A stretch of DNA of 63,499 nt, filler included, from Lenisia limosa (Eukaryota > Protista > Breviatea), in assembly GCA_001655205.1 (NCBI GenBank). It is 10 parts of 10 records of this genome, joined end to end, with 100 filler letters (N's around TTAATTAATTAA, not from the genome) between each part and the next. Parts side by side here need not be neighbours in the genome. Positions count along the whole stretch, not along the records: positions 21,547 to 26,801 come from LPNZ01008814.1; positions 26,902 to 56,213 come from LPNZ01008832.1; 8 more parts are not named here. One strand, written 5' to 3'. Below are positions 24,501-38,623 of this stretch, piece after piece (position 1 is the stretch's first letter; each line of letters starts with the position of its first letter). Made by a program: the position numbers and the translations under genes. The notes under the pieces were generated by a model. That model ran no database searches. It had not been told where the DNA came from and saw only the letters and a program-made list of their open reading frames with translations.

Positions 24501-26692
24501 AGATGGCTCACAACCAAGAGGTGGAGGTTTGAGGGATTGATTTCTTATTAACTTCTCCTACGAGTGTGGTTTACTTCGGTTCGGGAAAAGACCGAATTTA
24601 TCGATAAATCCTCAAAAACGATGGATCTTTACTGGCCCCTTATTATAAGACTTGATTGAATCATACAATTAGGGATTCACTTCGGTTCGGGAAAATATCA
24701 ATAGTTTTCGAGGATTTATCTAGATATTCAATCTTTTTTCGAACCGAAGTGAAGCCCCCTACCTACGAGGCATTTTTTATTTATTTCTTTTGAAGCCTTG
24801 TTGTGTTGGTTTTTCATGTAACAAATGTGCACAGTACGTTGGAGTGATGGGATGGCTTTGTTGTTTTTCCGTTTTAAAACCAGGTTGCGATTGAAGAGAA
24901 TTGTCACAGAAATCCGAACATACTGTCGGTGACGTCTATTTGGATTTTTAGGACAAAACAAATACTGATTTTCGCGATAAATTCGATATTATCGAGTATT
25001 AATTGGACAAGGGGCTGTACTTACATCAAATCATTAAGTAAATAGGATACGATACTATTATTATACTCTACTATTTCAAAAAGGCAAACACCACACAAGG
25101 GCAAACATTTCTGACGTATCAATCGAGAATAAAGCATGTAGCTCAGTGATGGTATAACTGTAGAGTTGAGAGAATTTGAGTTGATACTACATGTATTAAC
25201 AAGGGGTGATCACAGATTTGGAATTGAGGCCATTCAATACCACATGTGTGGTACTTCTTACGTGATACAAAAAGGTGATAGAAGAACACTACAACAATAT
25301 GAAACAAAAAAAGTCCAAAATTAACTTCGTTTGGCAATCTTGCGGATCAATTATTTTTTTGTAACAGTACAAATGTCAGTGGGGGGGGGGGGGNNNNNNN
25401 NNNNNNNNNNNNNNNNNNNNNNNNNNNNNNNNNNNNNNNAAACGTGAAAATAGTGAGGGGTGAGACTTACAGCTTCGAGGGACTACACAGCCTCAACCCA
25501 GCGTTTGCGCTTCTAAAGGCATCAAATTGAAAGATTAATTTAAATCATGCGCGTCAAGTTGACTTGATTGTGCCAATGCTTGAAGCAAGCGGATCCCACA
25601 GCTCCATGGCCTGAAGTATTTGAGCAATTAAAGATACGAGAAAGTCAATCCCGACGTTGAGACTTTGAGAGTCTCGGTGGAAGGCCGCCGGGTGTATGTT
25701 AGTATGCGGGTCATATAAGTTTTGACAGATAGTTTTCTCTTGACATTTACTACAGGTTTTAGAACAAATAAGGACTGAGAAGCGGCAGCAACATCTGCTC
25801 CTAGAGAAGGGGTTAGCTGTTTAATAAAATACTTAACAGAGAAATAGATGAAGCAGCACTAATTTCTAAGTTAATCTTGCAATCATTTCCGAAGATGCTG
25901 GACATCATTCTCACTGAAGCAATACAAGCAGTCATTTCCTCATTGGTAATATGAATATTTTACTTAAAAACTCGTTTACAGCAGGATGGTAAGATGACAC
26001 ATATGCATATTATATATACTTTTTACGAGAATCTAATTCAAATTTTGGTCATATCTAATCTCAATAAAGCCAGGTTCTCCAACCGCAACCTGCCCCTTGT
26101 ATATTTCCCAAATTCTGAGCCTACAGAATTGATCTGAGTTTTTTTTTGTTTCATAACCCCCAACCAATTAGTATCAACTGCTTCATTTCGGTTCGAAAAA
26201 GACTGAATTTCTCGATAAATCCTCAAAAACTATCGATATTTTTAACGGTCTTTTTCGAACCGAAGTGAAGCTCCAGTCCTGACCCCTCAGGGCACAGAGA
26301 ACCACTTTTGTCCCAGTGAAGTTGGAACAGTAGAGTGTCTTCGATTCTTCCTAGACTGTGGCGTCGATATCAATTGCAAGTCAACTTACGTGGGGGGGGG
26401 GGGGGNNNNNNNNNNNNNNNNNNNNNNNNNNNNNNNNNNNNNNNNNNNNNNNNNNNNNNNNNNNNNNNNNNNNNNNNNNNNNNNNNNNNNNNNNNNNNNN
26501 NNNNNNNNNNNNNNNNNNNNNNNNNNNNCTAACACCGCTGGATCTCTATGATCCTAGTTTCAATAGAGGCTTTACTGCAAATAATCTAACCTTCAGGGGG
26601 AAACCGCCCTCAGTTTGGCAGCATTCAACTTTCGAGCCAAGCCGTTCACATTTCTCGTAGAGCAGGGGGCAAGCTCGGTGCTTATTCGGGAT
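21556..26692 (+). CDS. Ankyrin-repeat protein, about one repeat per exon (partial at both ends)
   Basis: Exons LHAAALGGHVPVFDYLIEHDANP; GSLALHYACTSGALEIVRY; SGLGLAAAGNNTEVMEVLIEHGADVN; PLQAAVTYGNIDVLRFLLDRGARIE; LFWASAYGYIDIVKLLVERGADVQ; GPLHWSCMMSN; GTVECLRFFLDCGVDIN; GETALSLAAFNFRAKPFTFLVEQGA, with canonical splice sites. Confidence 0.85.
24180..24250. repeat. Intronic 16-bp tandem repeat, followed by (GT)n
   Basis: (gatgaaggatgttgat)x4; tgtgtgtg run near 24290. Confidence 0.8.
24568..24637. mobile_element. MITE family A copy 5 (one TIR decayed)
   Basis: ggtttacttcggttcgggaaaagaccgaatttatcgataaatcctc. Confidence 0.7.
24672..24757. mobile_element. MITE family A copy 6
   Basis: tta|gggattcacttcggttcggg...tcttttttcgaaccgaagtgaagccc. 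Confidence 0.85.
26179..26273. mobile_element. MITE family A copy 7
   Basis: gcttcatttcggttcgaaaaagactgaatttctcgataaatcc...ggtctttttcgaaccgaagtgaagctc; abuts an exon. Confidence 0.85.
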
Positions 26693-26845
26693 GTGGGAGG
26701 GGAAGTTAAGTTGGAGAATTTGAAACAAAAAAACCAAATCAACTCTGTTGGGGGCAGTATTATCATTTTTTTAACGTGGATAATTTGTATTACACGATTG
26801 ANNNNNNNNNNNNNNNNNNNNNNNNNNNNNNNNNNNNNNNNNNNN

Positions 26846-26857
26846 TTAATTAATTAA
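26846..26857. other. Artificial contig linker
   Basis: TTAATTAATTAA within N spacer. Confidence 0.95.
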
Positions 26858-27063
26858 NNNNNNNNNNNNNNNNNNNNNNNNNNNNNNNNNNNNNNNNNNN
26901 NGAAACCTAACCCATAATTGGGTCATTAAATTGTTGTTTTTTAAAAAAAATGAAGAAAAACTTGCAAAAATACCCCATCACAATGCTGTTCCATTTTTTA
27001 AAACACATACCAGACTATATGCTTTTCAAAAAATATGTTACCTCATTCGCATCTTCAAAGGCA

Positions 27064-27750
27064 TTAATTTGCTGAAGAAGAAAGCCCTCCTCGCACCTTC
27101 ATGGACTTCCTGTCATAGGCCTTGGCACCCACGCTGGTTGTACCGACAGACACCACCGTCACGTATTCCGAAGTCTAGACTCTGAGCAACGCATCTAACA
27201 CCACCAACAAATGAAAGGCTTACAGCATGAACGGCCGAGATGTCGTTGTAGAAGTAGTCTGCTGAGAACACGTTTCCGACTCCTGTTTCGAGCGCAATCG
27301 TTCCGTCTAGAAGGTAAATCTTCAACTAGAATTAAAAGAGTCCCACTTTCGTCGATAGTGTAGCTATTGACACTTCCATGGCCAGTAAAGGTTGTGATAC
27401 CAGTGGAGTCAGCCGTTGCAACCTTGATGGTCAGAGAACCCAACAACAAGGAAACATATCATGGTGGGTCAAACTAGCAGTGTAAGAGAGGGAAATGAGC
27501 AAAAAAAATGATTATATACTCTGTGACAGACGATAAAGCTTGGGGGGTAACTGTAAGCTCTCAGGAAAAGCAGGAAAGCAAGAACCATTTTCATCAAGGA
27601 AAGGCCCTTCTCACATACCAAAACGTCTGATTGGGTATTATCAATGGGGTAGGACTTAGATACCGATGATGCTATCATTAGTGAGGGTAATTCCGCAGCT
27701 AAGCAAAGGCCACATGAAAAAAGCAGCAGTATGCTGAGTGAGAACTTCAT
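27064..27750 (-). CDS. Secreted hypothetical protein (beta-rich)
   Basis: MKFSLSILLLFSCGLCLAAE signal-peptide-like start; downstream exons GSLTIKVATADSTGITTFTGHGSVNSYTIDE, NGTIALETGVGNVFSADYFYNDISAVHA; short introns; 3' end uncertain. Confidence 0.5.
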
Positions 27751-27999
27751 TTTGGATCAATATTTGTTTATATATATCAATTCTAAATCAATTCAAAGGT
27801 TTGTGGGTTTGTGTTGGGTTTGTGTGGCATGTGTGGTATGGCCTTGCAGAGTCCATATAAACCCTACATACAAAATCGACACTCTCGCGCAAGAGTTTTT
27901 GCTTAGGGATTAGGTTAAGAATTGGCGTGATATTGTTGTTTAATTGTGCAATTGTAATTAGGCAGTAATTTGGCAGTAATAAAGGCATTTTGATAGAAA
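27751..27999. promoter_or_regulatory. Probable bidirectional promoter (249 bp between divergent ATGs)
   Basis: Positional only; similar head-to-head gaps at 38232-38623, ~43600-43901 and ~50400-50717. Confidence 0.35.
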
Positions 28000-30900
28000 A
28001 TGGGATTGCTTTCGGAAGGAACTCCTTACACTGTATGCTCTTCCTCTCAACTATAATGTTTTAGTGGTCACAAACCAAAGAAGTGGCAAGACATGTACAA
28101 AAGGAAGGGATAAAACAATTCATATCCATCTACCACAACTTGAAAGATCGCGAAAATGTAAGCTCTGTCTCCTTTCTGTCTGTTTTTTTAACATATTTAG
28201 GATTGCTTACTCTGGGGTGATGAGGTTTGAGAAATATCTGCGTTCACCCTTTTCCGCCTATCCATGTTGTGGGTTATGAACAATTTAGGTTGAAATGACA
28301 CTGGTGCATCTTGATAATAAAGCAAAGAAGGCTCGTTTGGCACTCTCAGCTGCAGATTTTTTAACAAAGCTTGTGCCAAAAGAAGGGGACTGGTATGTCT
28401 GACTTCCATTTCTTCCTGTTTCAATTTTTCGGTAATTGTATTCCCGAATGTTTCCTGACCAAGTAGCATTTCACAACAGGCCACGTGGCATCCTGAATAT
28501 GCTCGTTACATGCTAGAGGGTACACCATCCAAGCCCTATCAGTCATCACATCAAGACTTCCTTAATGTGGGTGGTGGTTGACGTGTGCATCGGGTAGTGG
28601 CACGGACGGTGTCATTTAGTCAAACCAAGCTCAACCACAACTGCAAAGGCTTCGTTCCCAGCTTTTTTGCTTCATATCTTTTAATTTTGACTTGAAAACT
28701 AGGAACATACCAACCTATTTAGGTGGAGCGCAACATGCAAGCGAGGAGACGGCAAGTCGAAGCCCTCTTGGATCCTGAATATGAGGTTCGGGAAAAGAGG
28801 AGGGAACTGCTGTGACACTTTTTTTGTTTTTGTTTATACTTTTAGGCAGTGGTCACTATCACATCATGGCCTGAGCTCGGTACTCCGGAAGCAACTTATG
28901 TAGGCTGGTGATTACAACCTTCCATCTCTTGTACGACTTAGTGACGTTTCAGCCGACATTCACCAAATGGCCTCCCCACGGCCAATATGCCGAGAGTTTA
29001 TTTGTTGACGACTCCATTATCAATCCCCACCCTCGCTTTGGGTAGGAATGGGCTGAATCGTGTTACGTCTGCTTGTGATTCTACTGTCCTTATTTAAATC
29101 AACTCTTTAATTATTCGCTCTTCCATTTGAAACCTTTTCTAATTAATCAGAACACTCACTCGCAACATCCGCGAAAGAAGGCAACGGAAGGTTGAAGTCA
29201 TTGTGAGAGGAGTGATCATCTGAGCTGGAACCCTTTCCTTTGCTAACTTCCCAGCTTCCCGTCTTTAAGGATAAGAACACTCCAATTCCCCTCCCTCTTC
29301 CTGATGTGAAACCCCTTGAGGAAACCAATCAGTATGCTCTGGGCTTCCACCCTTCCTCCCCCCTCCCCCCCACTTTTCCTCTCACGCAAATTGACACAAC
29401 CAGGAATCCCAGTGTCCCGTCATCGAATGCAATTTTGACCCCCCTTGTTCCGGCTCACATCCCTGACGACCACGTGTACATGGACTGCATGGCTTTTGGA
29501 ATGGGATGCTCTTGTCTGCAATGGTATGCTGCTCTAGTTATTTGACTCTCTAGTACAATGCAAGGAGTTGATATTGATGAAACACGATGGCTCTATGACC
29601 AACTGTCAGTTTTCTGTCCTGTCATGGTTGGTGGTCCCAGACTCTCAATAGTCCATTGACAATTCAGCTTGCTCTGTCAGCTGCAGCCCCCATCTTTCGC
29701 GGATGGCTTGTTGACGTTGACAGCCGCTGGGATGTCATCAGTATGGCTGTTGACTCTCGTACAAAAGAAGAGGCCGGACTAGAGGTTGGAGCCTTTGTCT
29801 TCTTAACTGGTCTAGCCCCTCAAGACTCCAGGAGCACGCAGAGTGTTCAAGTCGAGATACGCGAGCATCGACTGCTACATCTCCACGGTTTGTTGTCTGT
29901 TTTGCCTTCTCTCGCTGACTTCGCAGGATGAACGCAACCGTCCCGAGCTGAACGACATCGAAGTTCCCATTGACGAAGAGGCGTTTGAAGAATGCAGAGC
30001 TGCGGTTTGCTATTCACAGTTGTTCTCCCTCACCTTGGCAATTCTTTTTTTTTTCCTATTACGCTATAGGGTATTGACGAGCAGCTTTCACGACACATTG
30101 CACACTTGTTTATCCATGACCCCATGGTAGTGTACGGCGAGAAGTTAGACCAGGACCCAAAGAAAGACAATGACCACTTTGAAGTAGGCCATTATCGGAC
30201 ATCTCACTCTGCAGAACATCCAGAGCACCAACTGGCAGAACGTCCGTTTCAAGCCGCCTCCACCCAACACTTCCATTGGATGGCGCGTGGAGTTCAGGCC
30301 AATGGAGGTCCAGATCACAGATTTCGTGGGGGGTTCGGCTTTCTTTCTCGCAAGTCGAAGCTAATAACCCTCCAGGAAAATGCAGCGTTGATCGTCTTTG
30401 TTGTTCTCCTGTCGCGAACCATTCTGTCTTTCGACCTCGACCTCTACCTGCCGATTTCACGTGTAAGCCATTGCGATTCCTCAAAGACGTTCACCTGAAG
30501 TTTTGATGCCCCAGGTTGACGCCAACATGGATAGGGCACAGAAGAGGGATGCTGTCAATAAGGAGAAGTTCTTTTGGAGGAAATCCGTGACACCTTGTAG
30601 GGGGGATTTGCCTTCGTTGATGTACTATAATATATGACACCCTAGTGCCCGCTGAAGACCTCCCGTCTAGCCCCGCAGCGCGCTTCATGGGGGGCGACCA
30701 GCAGCATTATACGGCGTTCGAGGATGCGGAAATGTCGATTAACCAGATTGTCAATGGAGAGGTCAGTATTGCGCTGCTTTGACATCGTATTTGCGTTGAC
30801 GTCAGGTGCATTGCCTGTTCTATTCACCATTTTTGGGGTGGCTTCTCACTCTTCAGGAGGGAATGTTTGTCGGTCTTCTTCCCCTTGTCAAGCAGTATCT

Positions 30901-31250
30901 TAACACCTTGTCCATGCCCATCTCTGTCCTCTGTCGTGTCAATGACTATCTGGACCTTATTTCAAGAAGAGCATCGGGTATGTCACCATTCCTTCATGTC
31001 ATTTCGCAGGAGACCTTGAGACCACTGCCACGTGGATGCGCAACTTCGTGATGAATCACCCGAAATATCAGGGTGACAGCAGAGTATCCAGCGAGATCAA
31101 CTACGATATGATTGATGTGGGTACAAGGCTCTTCTTGAACCAGCACTCATTGCTTAGATGATGCGCAAAATCCAAACTGGAGAAGTCAAAGCACCCTCTC
31201 TTCTTGGCCAGCATGGAGATCGTAACGCCAAGTTCCCGTGCAAGCCCTAG
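28000..31250 (+). CDS. GCLC: Glutamate-cysteine ligase catalytic subunit
   Basis: [53 protein letters not shown]...[77 protein letters not shown]; ~20 short GT-AG introns; TAG 31248-31250. Confidence 0.97.
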
Positions 31251-31333
31251 AAAGGCTCTTCTACTATTTATTCTGATTTCTTCACCTGTTCCGAACCATA
31301 GCCATCCATCAAAAACAAAACCATTACTACGCA

Positions 31334-33648
<2,315 letters not shown>

Positions 33649-34039
33649 TTATGATCATATACATCAATCATAAGCTGGAGGATTATTTTTATTACAGAAG
33701 ATATTAACCATAAAAAGGTAAGAAAGGCGATGTTTTAAGTTCCCATGCCCCCAGTGTGATTGCCACTCGCTTTTCTAACCCTGTCCCTGCCTCCAAGTAT
33801 GGTATGGAAAGGACCAAAACATGCTTTTCACCCCCCCCCCCGACCTTTTTTNNNNNNNNNNNNNNNNNNNNNNNNNNNNNNNNNNNNNNNNNNNNNNNNN
33901 NNNNNNNNNNNNNNNNNNNNNNNNNNNNNNNNNNNNNNNNNNNNNTGATGTTGACCTGGATCTATTCGATTAATATTCCACAAAGGAGGGTTTCTTTTAA
34001 TAATCAGGTACTGTTTTAAAACAAATATGATATCAATCA

Positions 34040-34860
34040 TCGCAAATACACCACGAGGATTGTTTTGCTGATACTACAACCACGTTCCGATACCCACCCT
34101 GAGTATGATCCGGAGGAACCAGAGTAAGAACGGTCTCTTTCTGAGTCATACGACTGTTTCGGTCGGTAGGAAACCTGAGGGTTAACAACTGGTAGGCAAA
34201 TGTCCTACCTTTGACTGGTTTTTGCTGCCAGCAACAAGGTTCTTAATGTCTTGAACCTGAACCGTCAGTACATTTGATTAAGAAAACCAAAAAATAAAGC
34301 AAAACCATCAAAATGGCCCTTCCAACTTGGTCCAAGTCTAATGGCATGGTGGCAACTGGCACAATGCCAAGTTACAGTTGGTGGAAAGCAAGCTGCAGGT
34401 GTAACCTCCAAACGATGCTGCTTATCAAAAATCAAGCCTTTACAATGATTTTAAGATTGTTGCAGCAGCACGGGGGCACAAAGACGTTCACAAGAACGAG
34501 AGATTCCTTCCTTTTTTAGATTTCTTCCTTCTGCTGTACAGTATTTTCCAACTCTTTTCTACGTATCAATAATGTAGTTATATACCAGAATGAATTATCT
34601 CTTTGCAAAGGGGCCTTGTAAAAAATAAAAAACGTATAGTACAGTGTCTGGGTGTTTATATGACTGTGATTTCCCCCTCCGAATTGCAGCTGGAGCTGGC
34701 GCCGAAAAATGTTCAAGGCAGTGTGTTTTTCCCCGGGCCACCCAGGCGTCAACTGCGGTCGAGCCGAGGTCGAGGACCCTGGAAACTAGGGAAGCCTGGG
34801 GAAGCAGGGGAAGGTGAGGCTAGGTACTCACCCGTACAGATTAAAGTTGTGAATGTTCAT
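34040..34860 (-). CDS. Hypothetical exons, separate small gene or SRPK 5' extension
   Basis: MNIHNFNLYG|VLDLGSTAVDAWVARG..., ACFPPTVTWHCASCHHAIRLG, VSYRPKQSYDSERDRSYSGSSGSYS with GT-AG boundaries; linkage unresolved. Confidence 0.3.
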
Positions 34861-34916
34861 AGATATACAGAAACTGAGGGGGAAATAGTATAACACACTG
34901 GGAAAACAAGACAGAA

Positions 34917-37900
34917 TTACTCGTCAAAGAAGTTCCAGAGGACAAGACAGCCGTCCTCTCCAACCGACACCAGTTGCCGCTCATCAGGCGACCATGCAAC
35001 CTGTGTCACCCCCTGAATTGTCACGTGGCTTCTGCGCAGTCAGCAAACCTTTGAATGGGCGAGGCCAGTTCCGATGAGAGCCGCATCCTTGATGTCCCAC
35101 ACGCGGACCAGACGGTCACCTCCGCAGGCCGCCAGGTAGCGTCCCCTTGGGTAATCAGCCAAAGTAACATGTCAAAAAACGGGTTCACTGATACTTTTTT
35201 TTTAGAGCACGACCACATTTTGTTTTGTTCAACAGGAAATATTAAAAAAAAACAGGGTAGTGGCCTACTTTGGGCTGACAACGCATGAAGTCACCCGGAA
35301 CGGGGCGTCCTCCTCGGGTCCAACCTGGACAGTTTCACAAGGCAGAATNNNNNNNNNNNNNNNNNNNNNNNNNNNNNNNNNNNNNNNNNNNNNNNNNNNN
35401 NNNNNNNNNNNNNNNNNNNNNNNNNNNNNNNNNNNNNNNNACAACAGACTGGCGTCCCCGGTTCCGGCAATGACCTCCAACTCAGAATCCTGGCGCTGAC
35501 TAATGCTAAAGGAATTATGATATGCTGGAGCGGAAGGGGGACCAACCAATATGCCGAAGAATTGGGAGTGTCATGGTAGGCGATACGTCGTTCAGTTTCG
35601 ATGTTGGTGGTCGCAACAGTGCGATCTCCACCGCAGCTGTGAATGAGCTTCGAGTCGTTGTGATCCAAGATGACCTGGAAAACGGCACGGCGATGCACAA
35701 ACGACTGTGTTGTCAATATTAGAAATATTTCAAAATTAAGGCAACAAAATTGGGGAAGGAGACTATGGCAACCAGGCATAAATGGAGAAATCCGTTGCGT
35801 ACCTGAGCAGTCATTCGGCGATCTTTCAAAGACCAAACCCGGATCGTTCCATCCTTAATTGTCAGATAAGATAGAAGGAATGGAAAAATGAGAAGTAAAA
35901 ACAAGTATCTGACCGAAGCCGTACAATGATAAATTCACGCAATCATTTGCCAACAAACCATTCCACCAGAGAGGATTTTTCCTTGAGCAACATTCAGAGC
36001 CGATACTCCGTCTCTATGCGCTCCATTGATCTCCCACACTAAATTGTTAAGAAGGCTCTCGAGCTTGAATGTGTACTTTTTGCGCCATTTCTGTCATCAT
36101 GGCAGCGAATGAAGCCGTCGGTCCAGCCTGTCAGGATCTCGCCAGTGGATGACACTGCCATGGACTGTGGGGTGGCTTTTACCTGATGGAGTAAATCAAG
36201 TTGCAGATCGGTGAAGTTCTAATACGAAACAGATAATCAGAGACTTCGAGTTACGGCCCACTCTTTGTCTCCATTCTTCACTGTAAGAGTTGAGATTCCA
36301 TCTTGAAATAACTCCACCGTCGGTCATTGTGCTAAATAATAAATGAGATCAGGTACATACTATACTTGATACATGTATATCAGACCCCCTTCCCCCGTGA
36401 ACATAACATTGTCATTGTTGGTCGTGTAGCAAACAGAAGTGACTGGTCCAGCAGGGGCACGGCTAAACTCAGTGTTGTCCAGCGTGTCACTCAGCACTCT
36501 GCAAGTATTGTGATGCGATTCTTGATAAAAGGGCTGACAATAGCATCTTAATTTGCCTCATTCTTTATCCAGCCGGACCTGTTGATAACACCGTCGGCAG
36601 TGGCGACAATCAGTTCAGCATAATCGCTTGTCAAGGACATGGAAGTTACGGCAGCCGAGAGCTGGGTCTCATCTGTATTATCAATGGCATCCGACACAGC
36701 TGGGGAATGGACCGAGCCTACTTTCAACAATCCAATTGTGGTTGGAGTCGCGGCAAATTTGTTTGATGTGGCCGTTCTTAGAGCTGACTGTAAGAAAGGA
36801 TATGGTCAACCTACCCAAGGAAGAGGATGTCGCCCATCATTTTCATGCAAGTGATTCCTTCTGGGCAACCAAGGACGAGTTCCTTAATCGTCACCCTCAT
36901 CATACAGCCTCTGTACATACCTTGAAAGTGGTGTTCTGAAGACCGAAAAGAGCGAAATCTCCGGACGACGTACCCGCCAAGAGGTACATATCAGAAGGGT
37001 CGATGATAAGACTTGTAAACTCGCGTGCCAAGGCTGTATCATGAATCAGTAATACTTCTTTATTGTGGATGAGTCTATAAAAGTCGTGGAGCTTACAAGT
37101 TCTTTGAACTTGGAAGGTGTCAGTGGAAAGGTTGAACTGAAGAGTACGAACATCGTAAGTGAGTTCTAAAGGCATTACAATATTAACAGGGGCCAATCAG
37201 CGTATTGCTGTTTTAATTGTCATCGTCCACACTGTATTCAGTAAAAACTGGGACATAATATGTTGTATTCTATCGGGAAGAGAAAATAAAAAGAAAAGCA
37301 CAATGACTCGTATAAACATACACGCAACGATACAACCCACAACCACACCAACCATGGATCCTGAGATGGCTGTCGAAGCTTGACACAAGAGTGTAACGGG
37401 CATGGCGGCCGCGGGGGTCTGTAGTTTGGTCTGAGTTCGCCCAGGTAACTACACGGTGAGCCCTTGCTGAGTCACTCTCATTATATAAACGGCCAACGTA
37501 CTGATTCCTGCTCCATTGGATGGTCTGGTGCTGGTGATGAGCTGTCCGCCCTCCATGTCCCAAATCATCAGGCGTCCAGTGTCATCTAAACGTCATCAAC
37601 TGTGTCCCATTTCATACCAGTACTGGCCAAGAAGTGACTGTTGCTTGAAAACGCAAGGCATGTGATCTTGCTCTTATGTCCGTGGAGACGGAACACTGCA
37701 TTACGTCCTTCCCAATCCCAAATCTAAAAGTCAGGAGCACTATCACAATAACGAATTTTGGGAAAATATCTTGTCCAACCTGGATAAGAGCCTCGCCATT
37801 GAGAGTCTGAAGAATGAGCTCTCATTTGTATTGAAAAGAAATGACTTAGAAATAATTCCGCCACCGTCCCCAAGTCCTTTCATGAGCTTACCGATTCTTC

Positions 37901-38231
37901 TCCAGTAGCGATCAAGACACCATCTGGTGAAACTGCAACTGACGAAATGGGATTCACGTGTCCTCTCAAGAAGGTTTGATCATGCCTGCTGTGTTACTAC
38001 CAAATTTAAATGTAAATCCTAAAGATTGAACAAAAACACCTCCAACATATCCTCAAGGTTGGAGAGAACTAGAACTCCTCCACAGGGAAAGATGATCTTA
38101 GATTTGTCAATGGGATGACAGTTCAGCCCATTCACGGCTTCCGAGCTGTATCCAAATACATGTTCCTGTGAAAGAGGTAAGGGGAAGGACGCTGGGGCAG
38201 TTTTCCTTACCAGTTCAAGGGCGTCAGACAT
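34917..38231 (-). CDS. CFAP52/WDR16-like WD40 repeat protein
   Basis: EHVFGYSSEAVNGLNCHPIDKSKIIFPCGGVLVLSN, QTFLRGHVNPISSVAVSPDGVLIATGE, IWDWEGRNAVFRLHGHKSKITCLAFS, YLLAGTSSGDF, C-terminal GVTQVAWSPDERQLVSVGEDGCLVLWNFFDE*; matches CFAP52 organisation. Confidence 0.8.
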
Positions 38232-38623
38232 GGTGGTGCTCAATCACAAAAAAAACCTGTAAAATATCAATAACTTTAACAATTGATAAGAATGTAATTA
38301 AAATGGAATAAAAAAAAGAGGGGAAAAAAAACACCCCGAATTTTTATAATGGGCACAAAGAAGTTATTAATAATTGGTTTAATACCAAGTCCTTCCGCCT
38401 TTTGCCTACCGCTACGTATGTGTATGTATTTTTACAGTCATTTTGAATTGAAGTAGAAAGCTAAAGTTAGGTTTTGAAGTTTAGACTATAGGTTTTGGGT
38501 TTCCGCTCATTTATAGCCCCTTCCCACCGCTCTCTACAAAGAATTGAATCATAGATAGTATTTAAAACACAAAAAAGAAGAGTTAAACCCGTCAAGGGGC
38601 CTCGCTGGCCTCCACTTTTGAGG

